Of a stretch of DNA of 64,000 bases, positions 46,831-53,587 are shown piece by piece. Position 1 is the stretch's first letter, and each line of letters begins with the position of its first letter. This DNA is from Escherichia coli phage phiS. The notes under the pieces are model-generated. The model did not search any database and had not been told where the DNA came from. It was given only the letters and a program-made list of their open reading frames with translations. Position numbers and translations under genes: made by a program. The stretch is taken from sequence record PP449093.1. One strand, 5' to 3'.

Positions 46831-47299
46831 TAATGAAGGGGCGAAAGCCCCTAAACCTAAAAAATTGTCAAAGAAAGAGCAACGCCAGATCCTGAAAATG
46901 AAATATGGTGGACGTTGTGCCTATTGTGGCGAGGAACTAGGGGATCGCTGGCACGCAGACCACATCAAACCAGTATTGCGACGCTCAAAGGTAGTCTATG
47001 ATGAAAATGGACGAATTGCCCGTAATGATGATGGATCGTGGAAGTATAAGGTTGTAGGAATGCATAAACCGGAGCATGATATACTTGATAACATGAATCC
47101 GGCGTGTGTGCAATGCAATCTTTACAAAAGCTGTATGGGCTTAGAATACTGGCGTAAGTGTATACGCGAGAACTTCCAGAAGTACATTCAGCACAATATG
47201 GGATTGCGAGCGGCTAAACGCTTTGGCTTGCTGTCAATTCATGACCAGCCAGTAGAATTTTATTTCGAAAAGTACGAGCGCGAGCATCAAGAAAAATAA
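46823..47299 (+). CDS. HNH endonuclease
   Basis: CAYCGEEL...HADHIKP...NMNPACVQCN. Confidence 0.7.
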   Translation: MCDNEGAKAPKPKKLSKKEQRQILKMKYGGRCAYCGEELGDRWHADHIKPVLRRSKVVYDENGRIARNDDGSWKYKVVGMHKPEHDILDNMNPACVQCNLYKSCMGLEYWRKCIRENFQKYIQHNMGLRAAKRFGLLSIHDQPVEFYFEKYEREHQEK

Positions 47300-47313
47300 T
47301 TCAAAAAAAGTTG

Positions 47314-47342
47314 TTGACAGGGGATCACCGATCCCCTATACT
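47314..47342 (+). promoter_or_regulatory. early promoter with palindromic spacer GGGGATCACCGATCCCC
   Basis: TTGACA, 17-nt perfect dyad spacer containing two GATC, TATACT. Confidence 0.65.
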
Positions 47343-47387
47343 ACACACATCAAAACGAAACACACTTTCTTAAACGGAGAATCAAAA

Positions 47388-47555
47388 ATGTTCCAGACTA
47401 AAGCAGAATGCGAAGCATACATTGTAGCAAACCACGGTGAAGACTACCTGAAATTCGATATCGTAGTAGCACAGAAGATCACCGGAATGGTTGCAAAATA
47501 TCTGGGTGTTAAAGAAGGTTACTATCCAAGCAACGCACCAGAAATTAACAAATAA
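47388..47555 (+). CDS. hypothetical early protein (55 aa), paralog of 50645..50812
   Basis: MFQTKAECEAYIVANHGEDYLKFDIVVAQKI... against MFETKAACEAYIIETYGEDYLKFDIVVAQKI... Confidence 0.55.
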   Translation: MFQTKAECEAYIVANHGEDYLKFDIVVAQKITGMVAKYLGVKEGYYPSNAPEINK

Positions 47556-47558
47556 TAG

Positions 47559-47587
47559 TTGACAATGATTAAAGGGAGTAGTAAGAT
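47559..47587 (+). promoter_or_regulatory. early promoter cassette with GGGAGTAGTAAGATACTCCC hairpin
   Basis: TTGACA, 17 nt spacer, TAAGAT. Confidence 0.65.
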
Positions 47588-47619
47588 ACTCCCATAAAGA
47601 CAACAAACGGAGAATCAAA

Positions 47620-47799
47620 ATGAAAGCTATCGAAGTTCAGAAGTACATGGAACTCATCATTGAAGGTAAAGCACATACAGTATTGACTACCCACGTAGGA
47701 TATGATAAAAATGTGCATATGCTGGTAGACAATATCGGTTGGATGAAGTTTAATCCTAACGAGAATGTACAAGCTCAAGAAATGACCATCCCTTTCTAA
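47620..47799 (+). CDS. hypothetical early protein (59 aa)
   Basis: ATG after GGAGAATCAAA; below ORF-track cutoff. Confidence 0.5.
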   Translation: MKAIEVQKYMELIIEGKAHTVLTTHVGYDKNVHMLVDNIGWMKFNPNENVQAQEMTIPF

Positions 47800-47811
47800 G
47801 AGGAATATATT

Positions 47812-48090
47812 ATGATGCGAATTACTGCAACGCTGGATAAGACACACAAAGAAAGATTTTTCGGTATGATCTTAAAAACGCCGATTTTCGATAATTACCT
47901 TTATGTTGACTATGACGGTCACATTAGCTATAAATGTAAAAATGATATTCGTGATTCCTTTGGTGATAAATCACAAGCCGATATTCATGACCACTGGTGG
48001 AACCATGACGAACCTTTACGAGTTATCGCAGTTGATGTAAAAACAACAAAAGAAGCTGATAAGGTAGTGAATGATTATGAGCAAATTTAA
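47812..48090 (+). CDS. hypothetical protein (92 aa), member of a 4-gene paralog family
   Basis: Shared Y.YVD..L.I.Y ... HW ... V.A.D pattern with 48491, 48816 and 49513 ORFs. Confidence 0.55.
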   Translation: MMRITATLDKTHKERFFGMILKTPIFDNYLYVDYDGHISYKCKNDIRDSFGDKSQADIHDHWWNHDEPLRVIAVDVKTTKEADKVVNDYEQI

Positions 48091-48286
48091 AGAATACAAA
48101 GCATATCAACAGATTTTGCGAGTATACGCACCAGAGTTCGCCGAAAAGATGATGGAAGATGCATCAAAATGCCCGTCCTTTTCTGGAAACAAAAACCATT
48201 ATTCGACTGGTATTGTGTCATGGAAAGAAACCGCATATACTCAACAATGGATAGAGGTTTTCTCAAAAACTCTTGATTGGTGTTAA
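48071..48286 (+). CDS. hypothetical protein (71 aa), MSKFK family paralog 1
   Basis: MSKFKEYKAY...MMEDA...GIVSWKETAY. Confidence 0.5.
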   Translation: MIMSKFKEYKAYQQILRVYAPEFAEKMMEDASKCPSFSGNKNHYSTGIVSWKETAYTQQWIEVFSKTLDWC

Positions 48287-48288
48287 TT

Positions 48289-48504
48289 ATGAGCAAATTT
48301 AAAGATTATCGAGCATATAAAGCGATCTGCGATATATTCGATGAAAAGACCGCTCATGCAATGATGGAAGATGCAGAACAATATGAATCATTCGTCAATT
48401 CCAAAGATTGCACAGTAAACGGGATTGTGTGCTGGAAAGATACAAAGTATGAAGAAAAATGGATTACTGTGTATTACGGAGAACTAGAATATGAAATTAA
48501 CTAA
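48289..48504 (+). CDS. hypothetical protein (71 aa), MSKFK family paralog 2
   Basis: MSKFKDYRAY...MMEDA...GIVCWKDTKY. Confidence 0.5.
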   Translation: MSKFKDYRAYKAICDIFDEKTAHAMMEDAEQYESFVNSKDCTVNGIVCWKDTKYEEKWITVYYGELEYEIN

Positions 48505-48811
48505 AAAGATTTTCCCAGAATTGCGTAACTGTCTGTTATTGGTTACTGAATATAAGCCGTATGCGATCTACTTGTATGTTGATGAAAATCTGAAAATCCG
48601 TTACTATGATTATACGTCTCCAGTGATGAAATCATTTGCTCACTCGATAGCAAATAACTGTATGAATCACAATCATTGGGTATCAGAAACGGATGACGAT
48701 GCGTCAGAAGTTGTAGTGGTTGCATGGAATCTATCACCAGCGGAAGCAGATCAAGCACGCATTAAGCATTATGCGAAAAACAATTGGTTTGACCTTATAA
48801 GTGAGGACTAA
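48491..48811 (+). CDS. hypothetical protein (106 aa), 4-gene paralog family
   Basis: YLYVDENLKIRYYDY...HNHW...VVAWN. Confidence 0.55.
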   Translation: MKLTKKIFPELRNCLLLVTEYKPYAIYLYVDENLKIRYYDYTSPVMKSFAHSIANNCMNHNHWVSETDDDASEVVVVAWNLSPAEADQARIKHYAKNNWFDLISED

Positions 48812-48815
48812 TATT

Positions 48816-49094
48816 ATGTTCAAAGTAGGTGATAAGTTTATTCTTAGTCGTGATATTCTACCTAATCTGAAAGGTTGTATCATCAATCCTAGTAAAAATT
48901 CATGGTTTTATCTGTTTATCGACGACAAACTGAATGTACGCGCCGAATATAAAGAAGGTCTTCGCACTGGCCTCGGTTTCTTTAACGATCACGATCATAG
49001 CCATTGGCTAAACGGTGGATTCGAAGCAACGGTGCTCGCGGTTGATGTGACCTACACAAACATCATAGAAAAATATCAAAAAATTATTTTATAA
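48816..49094 (+). CDS. hypothetical protein (92 aa), 4-gene paralog family
   Basis: FYLFIDDKLNVRAEY...HSHW...VLAVD; ATG after GTGAGGACTAATATT. Confidence 0.55.
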   Translation: MFKVGDKFILSRDILPNLKGCIINPSKNSWFYLFIDDKLNVRAEYKEGLRTGLGFFNDHDHSHWLNGGFEATVLAVDVTYTNIIEKYQKIIL

Positions 49095-49100
49095 AAAGTG

Positions 49101-49129
49101 TTGACATAAGATCGGGTGTATAGCATAAT
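49101..49129 (+). promoter_or_regulatory. early promoter cassette with GGGTGTAT..ATACACCC dyad around the -10
   Basis: TTGACA, 17 nt spacer, CATAAT. Confidence 0.65.
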
Positions 49130-49175
49130 ACACCCATCGAAACGAGATACACTTTCTAACTAGGAGAATCAAATT

Positions 49176-49463
49176 ATGGCATACATCACCATCACTCTGA
49201 AAGTTAACAAATTTGCTCACGCTGCACACGAAACCGATAATGCAATCCGTAACAACAAGTTCGCACGTCTGGTACGCGATGCGGTAGCTAAAGAGTTCAA
49301 CTTCAAATTTGCCGATGGTAAAGTTATCACTAAATGGACTCATGACGGCGAAACTAAAGTAGAACTTGCTGACAACTTCGCAAATCAGGAATATGCACAC
49401 CGTCGCATTAATGAAATTATCAGCGATGAACTCTACTACGGTGTACAGGAAGGACTGTTTTAA
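49176..49463 (+). CDS. hypothetical early protein (95 aa)
   Basis: ATG after GGAGAATCAAATT. Confidence 0.6.
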   Translation: MAYITITLKVNKFAHAAHETDNAIRNNKFARLVRDAVAKEFNFKFADGKVITKWTHDGETKVELADNFANQEYAHRRINEIISDELYYGVQEGLF

Positions 49464-49512
49464 TATATGGGGCGTTAAGCCACTTTTAATCTATCTGAAT
49501 GAGGATATCACT

Positions 49513-49821
49513 ATGAAAAATCTTGTAGTTGAATTTACCCGCGAGAATTTACCACAATTACGCAACTCTCTGCTTAAACTAGAGAACAGTAATTATGATG
49601 TATATTTTTACATCACAGAAGACCTAGAGATCCTTTACGCAGATTATCCAGGTCCGATCCGTACTTTCGAAACAGCATCAAAGTATAAAAATGTTTACGG
49701 TCATGAGCACTGGTTACGAGAAAACCCAGGTCGCAAGAAAGCACGCGTTAAAGTGCTGGCGATTGACATAACACCAGCATACGCCGACCGGATTGCACAG
49801 AATGATTATTTGTCTAAATGA
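49513..49821 (+). CDS. hypothetical protein (102 aa), 4-gene paralog family
   Basis: VYFYITEDLEILYADY...HEHW...VLAID; ATG after GAGGATATCACT. Confidence 0.55.
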   Translation: MKNLVVEFTRENLPQLRNSLLKLENSNYDVYFYITEDLEILYADYPGPIRTFETASKYKNVYGHEHWLRENPGRKKARVKVLAIDITPAYADRIAQNDYLSK

Positions 49822-49828
49822 TTTTATT

Positions 49829-49857
49829 AGCCGACCTTAGCGTCGGCTTTTTTATTG
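49829..49857 (+). terminator. rho-independent terminator
   Basis: AGCCGAC-CTTAGC-GTCGGCT followed by TTTTTTATT. Confidence 0.7.
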
Positions 49858-49877
49858 CATAAAATTTTAAAAAAGAA

Positions 49878-49906
49878 TTGACACCAGATCACGCCTATAG
49901 CATAAA
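49878..49906 (+). promoter_or_regulatory. early promoter cassette (TTGACA, 17 nt spacer, CATAAA)
   Basis: Conserved ATACACCCATCAAAACGAGATACC leader. Confidence 0.6.
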
Positions 49907-49947
49907 TACACCCATCAAAACGAGATACCACTTAGGAGAATCAAACA

Positions 49948-50217
49948 ATGGCACTGACTAAAACCACTACCAACTTTGCAAAACGTCACGGCTTCGACCT
50001 TGAAATCAATAGCTTTAACGATTACACCCTTCTGTGTGTATATGAAATCGAAAATGATTGCGAGTGGATGTTCAGCTATCGCGTAAACGAAGACGGATCT
50101 TTCACTTGGAACGGAAATATCTATCTTGCACAGGAAGTAAAAGAAGAACTTCCGGCGACCATCAAAGATGAGAAACATTTACGTCAAGTTTTAAAATTTA
50201 TTTCTGAAAATATCTAA
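49948..50217 (+). CDS. hypothetical early protein (89 aa)
   Basis: ATG after GGAGAATCAAACA. Confidence 0.6.
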   Translation: MALTKTTTNFAKRHGFDLEINSFNDYTLLCVYEIENDCEWMFSYRVNEDGSFTWNGNIYLAQEVKEELPATIKDEKHLRQVLKFISENI

Positions 50218-50225
50218 AAAAGTTG

Positions 50226-50254
50226 TTGACACTAAAGTAAGAACATAGCATAAT
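50226..50254 (+). promoter_or_regulatory. early promoter cassette (TTGACA, 17 nt spacer, CATAAT)
   Basis: AAAAAGTTGTTGACA ... CATAATACACCCATACCGAAACGAA. Confidence 0.65.
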
Positions 50255-50287
50255 ACACCCATACCGAAACGAACTGGAGAATCAAAA

Positions 50288-50569
50288 ATGAAATTCATCA
50301 AAGCAACCGAAATCCTGAAAAACAAAGAAGCATACATCGGAAACATCGTTGGTATGAACATTCGCGGCGCTGGTAGCCAGTGGACCAAACTGGTTGATGT
50401 TAAAGCTAAAGGCGATAAAATTGAGTTCACTGTAAAAATGCTTACGCATAACGCACATATGGGTATCAAGACAAAAACGATGGCAGCAGATAAAAGCATT
50501 AACTATCAGGATCTGGGTGATTGGCTGAACTGGTGCAAAATGCACAACATCGAAACTAATCACGAATAA
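50288..50569 (+). CDS. hypothetical early protein (93 aa)
   Basis: ATG after GGAGAATCAAAA. Confidence 0.6.
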   Translation: MKFIKATEILKNKEAYIGNIVGMNIRGAGSQWTKLVDVKAKGDKIEFTVKMLTHNAHMGIKTKTMAADKSINYQDLGDWLNWCKMHNIETNHE

Positions 50570-50582
50570 TTTAAAAAAGTTG

Positions 50583-50611
50583 TTGACGGGGATCGGGAGA
50601 TCCCCTATAAT
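50583..50611 (+). promoter_or_regulatory. early promoter with palindromic spacer GGGGATCGGGAGATCCCC
   Basis: TTGACG, 17 nt GC-rich dyad spacer with two GATC, TATAAT. Confidence 0.65.
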
Positions 50612-50644
50612 ACACACATACCGAAACGAAATAGGAGAATCAAA

Positions 50645-50812
50645 ATGTTCGAGACTAAAGCAGCATGTGAAGCATATATCATTGAAACCTACGGTGAAGA
50701 TTATCTGAAATTTGACATTGTAGTAGCACAGAAGATTGTAGGGATGGTTGCGAAATACCTGGGTGTTAAAGAAGGTTACTATCCTAGCAACGCACCAGAA
50801 ATTAACAAATAA
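50645..50812 (+). CDS. hypothetical early protein (55 aa), paralog of 47388..47555
   Basis: About 85 percent identical to the 47388 product by eye; same promoter class. Confidence 0.55.
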   Translation: MFETKAACEAYIIETYGEDYLKFDIVVAQKIVGMVAKYLGVKEGYYPSNAPEINK

Positions 50813-50826
50813 TTTTATAAAAAGTG

Positions 50827-50855
50827 TTGACAGGGGAGGATAACTCCCCTACAAT
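50827..50855 (+). promoter_or_regulatory. early promoter with palindromic spacer GGGGAGGATAACTCCCC
   Basis: TTGACA, 17 nt dyad spacer, TACAAT. Confidence 0.6.
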
Positions 50856-50895
50856 ACAACCATCAAAACGAGATACCACTTAGGAGAATCAAACA

Positions 50896-51147
50896 ATGGC
50901 TAACATCGAAACCGCAAAGAAAATCGCTAAAGACCTGAACGTTAAAGGCTTCCGTAAACTGAAATTACAGCGTGTACGCTACACCATCGGCAAACAGTGC
51001 TCTTTCATGAGCGAAGAAATTGCTAACAGCCTGATTGATAACCTGATTGCGGCTGGCTGGGAAGTTGCGGATCTGAAAACTTGCCGCGAACTGGCTAACA
51101 AAGGTCTTTTAGATTCTGTTACTATCAAACCAATGGGGGCAGCGTGA
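50896..51147 (+). CDS. hypothetical early protein (83 aa)
   Basis: ATG after GGAGAATCAAACA. Confidence 0.6.
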   Translation: MANIETAKKIAKDLNVKGFRKLKLQRVRYTIGKQCSFMSEEIANSLIDNLIAAGWEVADLKTCRELANKGLLDSVTIKPMGAA

Positions 51148-51680
51148 ACAATATAGACTGGAAGAAATACTTTAATTATGATCCTGATACTGGTATTCTT
51201 ACATGGAAGGAGAGAACAGATATACACCCATCAAGAATAAAACAATGGAATGCTGCATGGGCTGGAAAGGAGGTCGGGTCACTAGGAAGTGGTGGACGTT
51301 ATCTTGAATCGTCAATAAAAATTGACGGTAAAATTATTAACTACAAAGTTCATCGAGTATGTTATATTATCCACAATGGACCTATACCAGAAGGATATGA
51401 AGTAGACCATATTAATCACATTAAGACAGATAATAGAGCGGTGAATTTTGAACTTAAGACACATCAAGACAACATGAGGAATCAAACAAAATCTAAAAAG
51501 AATACAAGCGGACACAGTGGAATACATAAAAACAAATACAATAAATGGGTAGTTAGAATTGGCAGCGGTCGTCGTGGTGATAGAAAATATCTAGGATGCT
51601 TCGATACATTAGAAGAAGCTATAGAGGTTAGAACCAAAGCAGAAAGAGAGCATGGCTATCATGAAAACCACGGAAAGTAA
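51144..51680 (+). CDS. HNH homing endonuclease with AP2-like DNA-binding domain
   Basis: VDHINHIKTDNRAVN HNH motif; C-terminal SGHSGIHKNKYNKWVVRI...YLGCFDTLEEA; GTG start overlapping the upstream stop. Confidence 0.7.
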   Translation: MNNIDWKKYFNYDPDTGILTWKERTDIHPSRIKQWNAAWAGKEVGSLGSGGRYLESSIKIDGKIINYKVHRVCYIIHNGPIPEGYEVDHINHIKTDNRAVNFELKTHQDNMRNQTKSKKNTSGHSGIHKNKYNKWVVRIGSGRRGDRKYLGCFDTLEEAIEVRTKAEREHGYHENHGK

Positions 51681-52386
51681 ACTTATATTCTGTAATTTTG
51701 ATGGGTCCGGTATCATGGGTCTAGAATGGGCGAAAGCAGGTCATAAGGTGATCTGCTTTAACGCAGATGATGCGGATCATGGAACATATAAAAAATACAA
51801 CACTCGATTTGAGCATCCCAACCTAACATATGTTAATGCATGGATTGACCTAGATTGGTTGGAAAGGGCAATGGACCTTGAATGGGGCAAACCGGATATG
51901 ATCTTTGCGTTTCCTAGCTGTTCAAATTTAGCGGTTAGTGGCGCTGCACATTTTGAGCGTAAGCGAAAAACTCTAGGTCCACTCATTCAGCATAGAGATG
52001 TTCAAACAGCTAAAATAACCGCTTATTTGGGTGAATGGCTAGGAGTTCCCTACATGATAGAGAATCCTGTAAGCGTTATCTCTAGCATGTGGCGTAAGCC
52101 TGATTATATGTTCCATCCGTGGGAATATGGCGGTTATTTGCCGGAAGATGATAAACATCCTACTTTTCCTGAGTATATTGCCGCCCGTGATATGTACCCG
52201 AAAAGGACTTGCTTATGGACCGGACAAGGCTTTATAATGCCAGAAAAGAAACCGTTGCAGATTAATAAAGGGTACAGTAAACAGCATTCTAAGCTAGGCG
52301 GGAAAGGAACGAAAACAAAGACTATAAGGTCACTTACCCCGCGAGGATTCGCAAAGGCAGTATTTGAAGCAAATAAGGATCTATAA
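51652..52386 (+). CDS. compact C5-cytosine-methyltransferase-fold protein (244 aa, no obvious target-recognition domain)
   Basis: Motif I FCNFDGSGIMG; motif IV-like FAFPSCSNLAVSG (Cys kept, Ser where PC has Pro); motif VI ENP; C-terminal RSLTPRGFAKAV resembles motif IX. Confidence 0.5.
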   Translation: MAIMKTTESKLIFCNFDGSGIMGLEWAKAGHKVICFNADDADHGTYKKYNTRFEHPNLTYVNAWIDLDWLERAMDLEWGKPDMIFAFPSCSNLAVSGAAHFERKRKTLGPLIQHRDVQTAKITAYLGEWLGVPYMIENPVSVISSMWRKPDYMFHPWEYGGYLPEDDKHPTFPEYIAARDMYPKRTCLWTGQGFIMPEKKPLQINKGYSKQHSKLGGKGTKTKTIRSLTPRGFAKAVFEANKDL

Positions 52387-52715
52387 TGAGATTGTTTAAG
52401 TATTCGCTAACGTCAAATTACGATAAACAAGGTCATTGCATCCGTTGCCCTGATTGTCATAACCATAACATCGAAAGCAAGATCACCGATCATATTGATG
52501 GACTTTGGTCGCCAGCAAGTGAAATAGAATACTATTGCGCTGATTGTGGAATTGTAGTAGCATATTGGGCATACGGATCATATGATCCATACTTCCAGAT
52601 GGGAGAGCGTTCAATCCCTGCGCTTATCTGGAGAATTAAGAACAATATCCGCCATTCATGGGATGAGTTATTAAAAGATATTGATTTACGTGATGATCCA
52701 TTCAGGAGACTATAA
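52386..52715 (+). CDS. zinc-ribbon protein (109 aa)
   Basis: CIRCPDC and YCADCG cysteine clusters; start overlaps upstream stop. Confidence 0.5.
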   Translation: MRLFKYSLTSNYDKQGHCIRCPDCHNHNIESKITDHIDGLWSPASEIEYYCADCGIVVAYWAYGSYDPYFQMGERSIPALIWRIKNNIRHSWDELLKDIDLRDDPFRRL

Positions 52716-52716
52716 C

Positions 52717-53235
52717 ATGAACAGATTAACCCCTAAACGCCGTTACTATACCAATACTAAAAACTTTGTCATCTCTGTTTATGAGGCGTGGTTAGAAGAT
52801 GGCTATATCAACATGAACCCAGATTATCAGCGTCCTTTGGTATGGGACACCGAAAACAAACGTATGTTTATCGAAAACCTGATTAATGATTTTCCGGTTG
52901 GTGCTATCGCAATGGCTAAGATTGATGATGGCTCTCGATATGAGATCGAAATCGTGGACGGTAAACAGCGTTTAAACGCAATATTCTCCTTCATGAAGGA
53001 TGAGTTTAGCATTGCTGGTAATGATGATTCTATGCTGTATTACAGTGATTTTACGCCAGCAGAAAAGCGACGTTTCCGAAATCTCGGACTACCCGCGATA
53101 ATGATGGAAGAGAGCACACGAGAAGACCGATTAGAGTATTTCTACAAAACAAACTTTTTCGGTGTCCCTCAATCGGAAGAACATCGCCAGCATGTGATTT
53201 CCCTATTGCAAGATGAGCAATTAAAAAATAACTAA
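52717..53235 (+). CDS. DUF262 / ParB-like nuclease-domain protein (172 aa)
   Basis: YQRPLVW and IVDGKQRLNAI (DGQQR-type) motifs; ATG after AGGAGAC; ORF-track start 52681 is TTG. Confidence 0.55.
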   Translation: MNRLTPKRRYYTNTKNFVISVYEAWLEDGYINMNPDYQRPLVWDTENKRMFIENLINDFPVGAIAMAKIDDGSRYEIEIVDGKQRLNAIFSFMKDEFSIAGNDDSMLYYSDFTPAEKRRFRNLGLPAIMMEESTREDRLEYFYKTNFFGVPQSEEHRQHVISLLQDEQLKNN

Positions 53236-53242
53236 AAAGTTG

Positions 53243-53272
53243 TTGACAGGGGGATCGGTGATCCCCTATAAT
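53243..53272 (+). promoter_or_regulatory. early promoter with palindromic spacer GGGGGATCGGTGATCCCC
   Basis: TTGACA, 18 nt dyad spacer with two GATC, TATAAT. Confidence 0.65.
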
Positions 53273-53308
53273 GCACACATACCGAAACGAACTACTAAGG
53301 AGTATCAA

Positions 53309-53521
53309 ATGGCTAACATCGAAATCATCATTACCGACGTAACTTATGACCGCATTAACGAAATCGGTACTGCATTACTGGAAGATGAAACAACTCGTAC
53401 CATCAACTACGCAGAATACGTTGAAATGCGTGGCTGGATTAAACGAGTAGGAAAATATACCCTGATTGAAAAAGACTATTCAGGATATACCTTAGAGCAA
53501 TTGCTCGATGGTGCATTATAA
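53309..53521 (+). CDS. hypothetical early protein (70 aa)
   Basis: ATG after AAGGAGTATCAA; N-terminus MANIE shared with the 50896 product. Confidence 0.55.
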   Translation: MANIEIIITDVTYDRINEIGTALLEDETTRTINYAEYVEMRGWIKRVGKYTLIEKDYSGYTLEQLLDGAL

Positions 53522-53525
53522 TAAA

Positions 53526-53546
53526 GGGGGCGTTAAGCCCCGTTTT
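53526..53546 (+). terminator. terminator-like hairpin
   Basis: GGGGC-GTTAA-GCCCC followed by GTTTTC. Confidence 0.55.
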
Positions 53547-53587
53547 CATAAATATAGGTTTATAGGTTATCAACTAGAGGATATAAA

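Noticed and set aside
47314-53272. Repeated promoter cassettes as a possible CRISPR array
   Set aside because: Repeat units are separated by variable-length protein-coding ORFs and carry promoter and SD features; not a regular repeat-spacer array.
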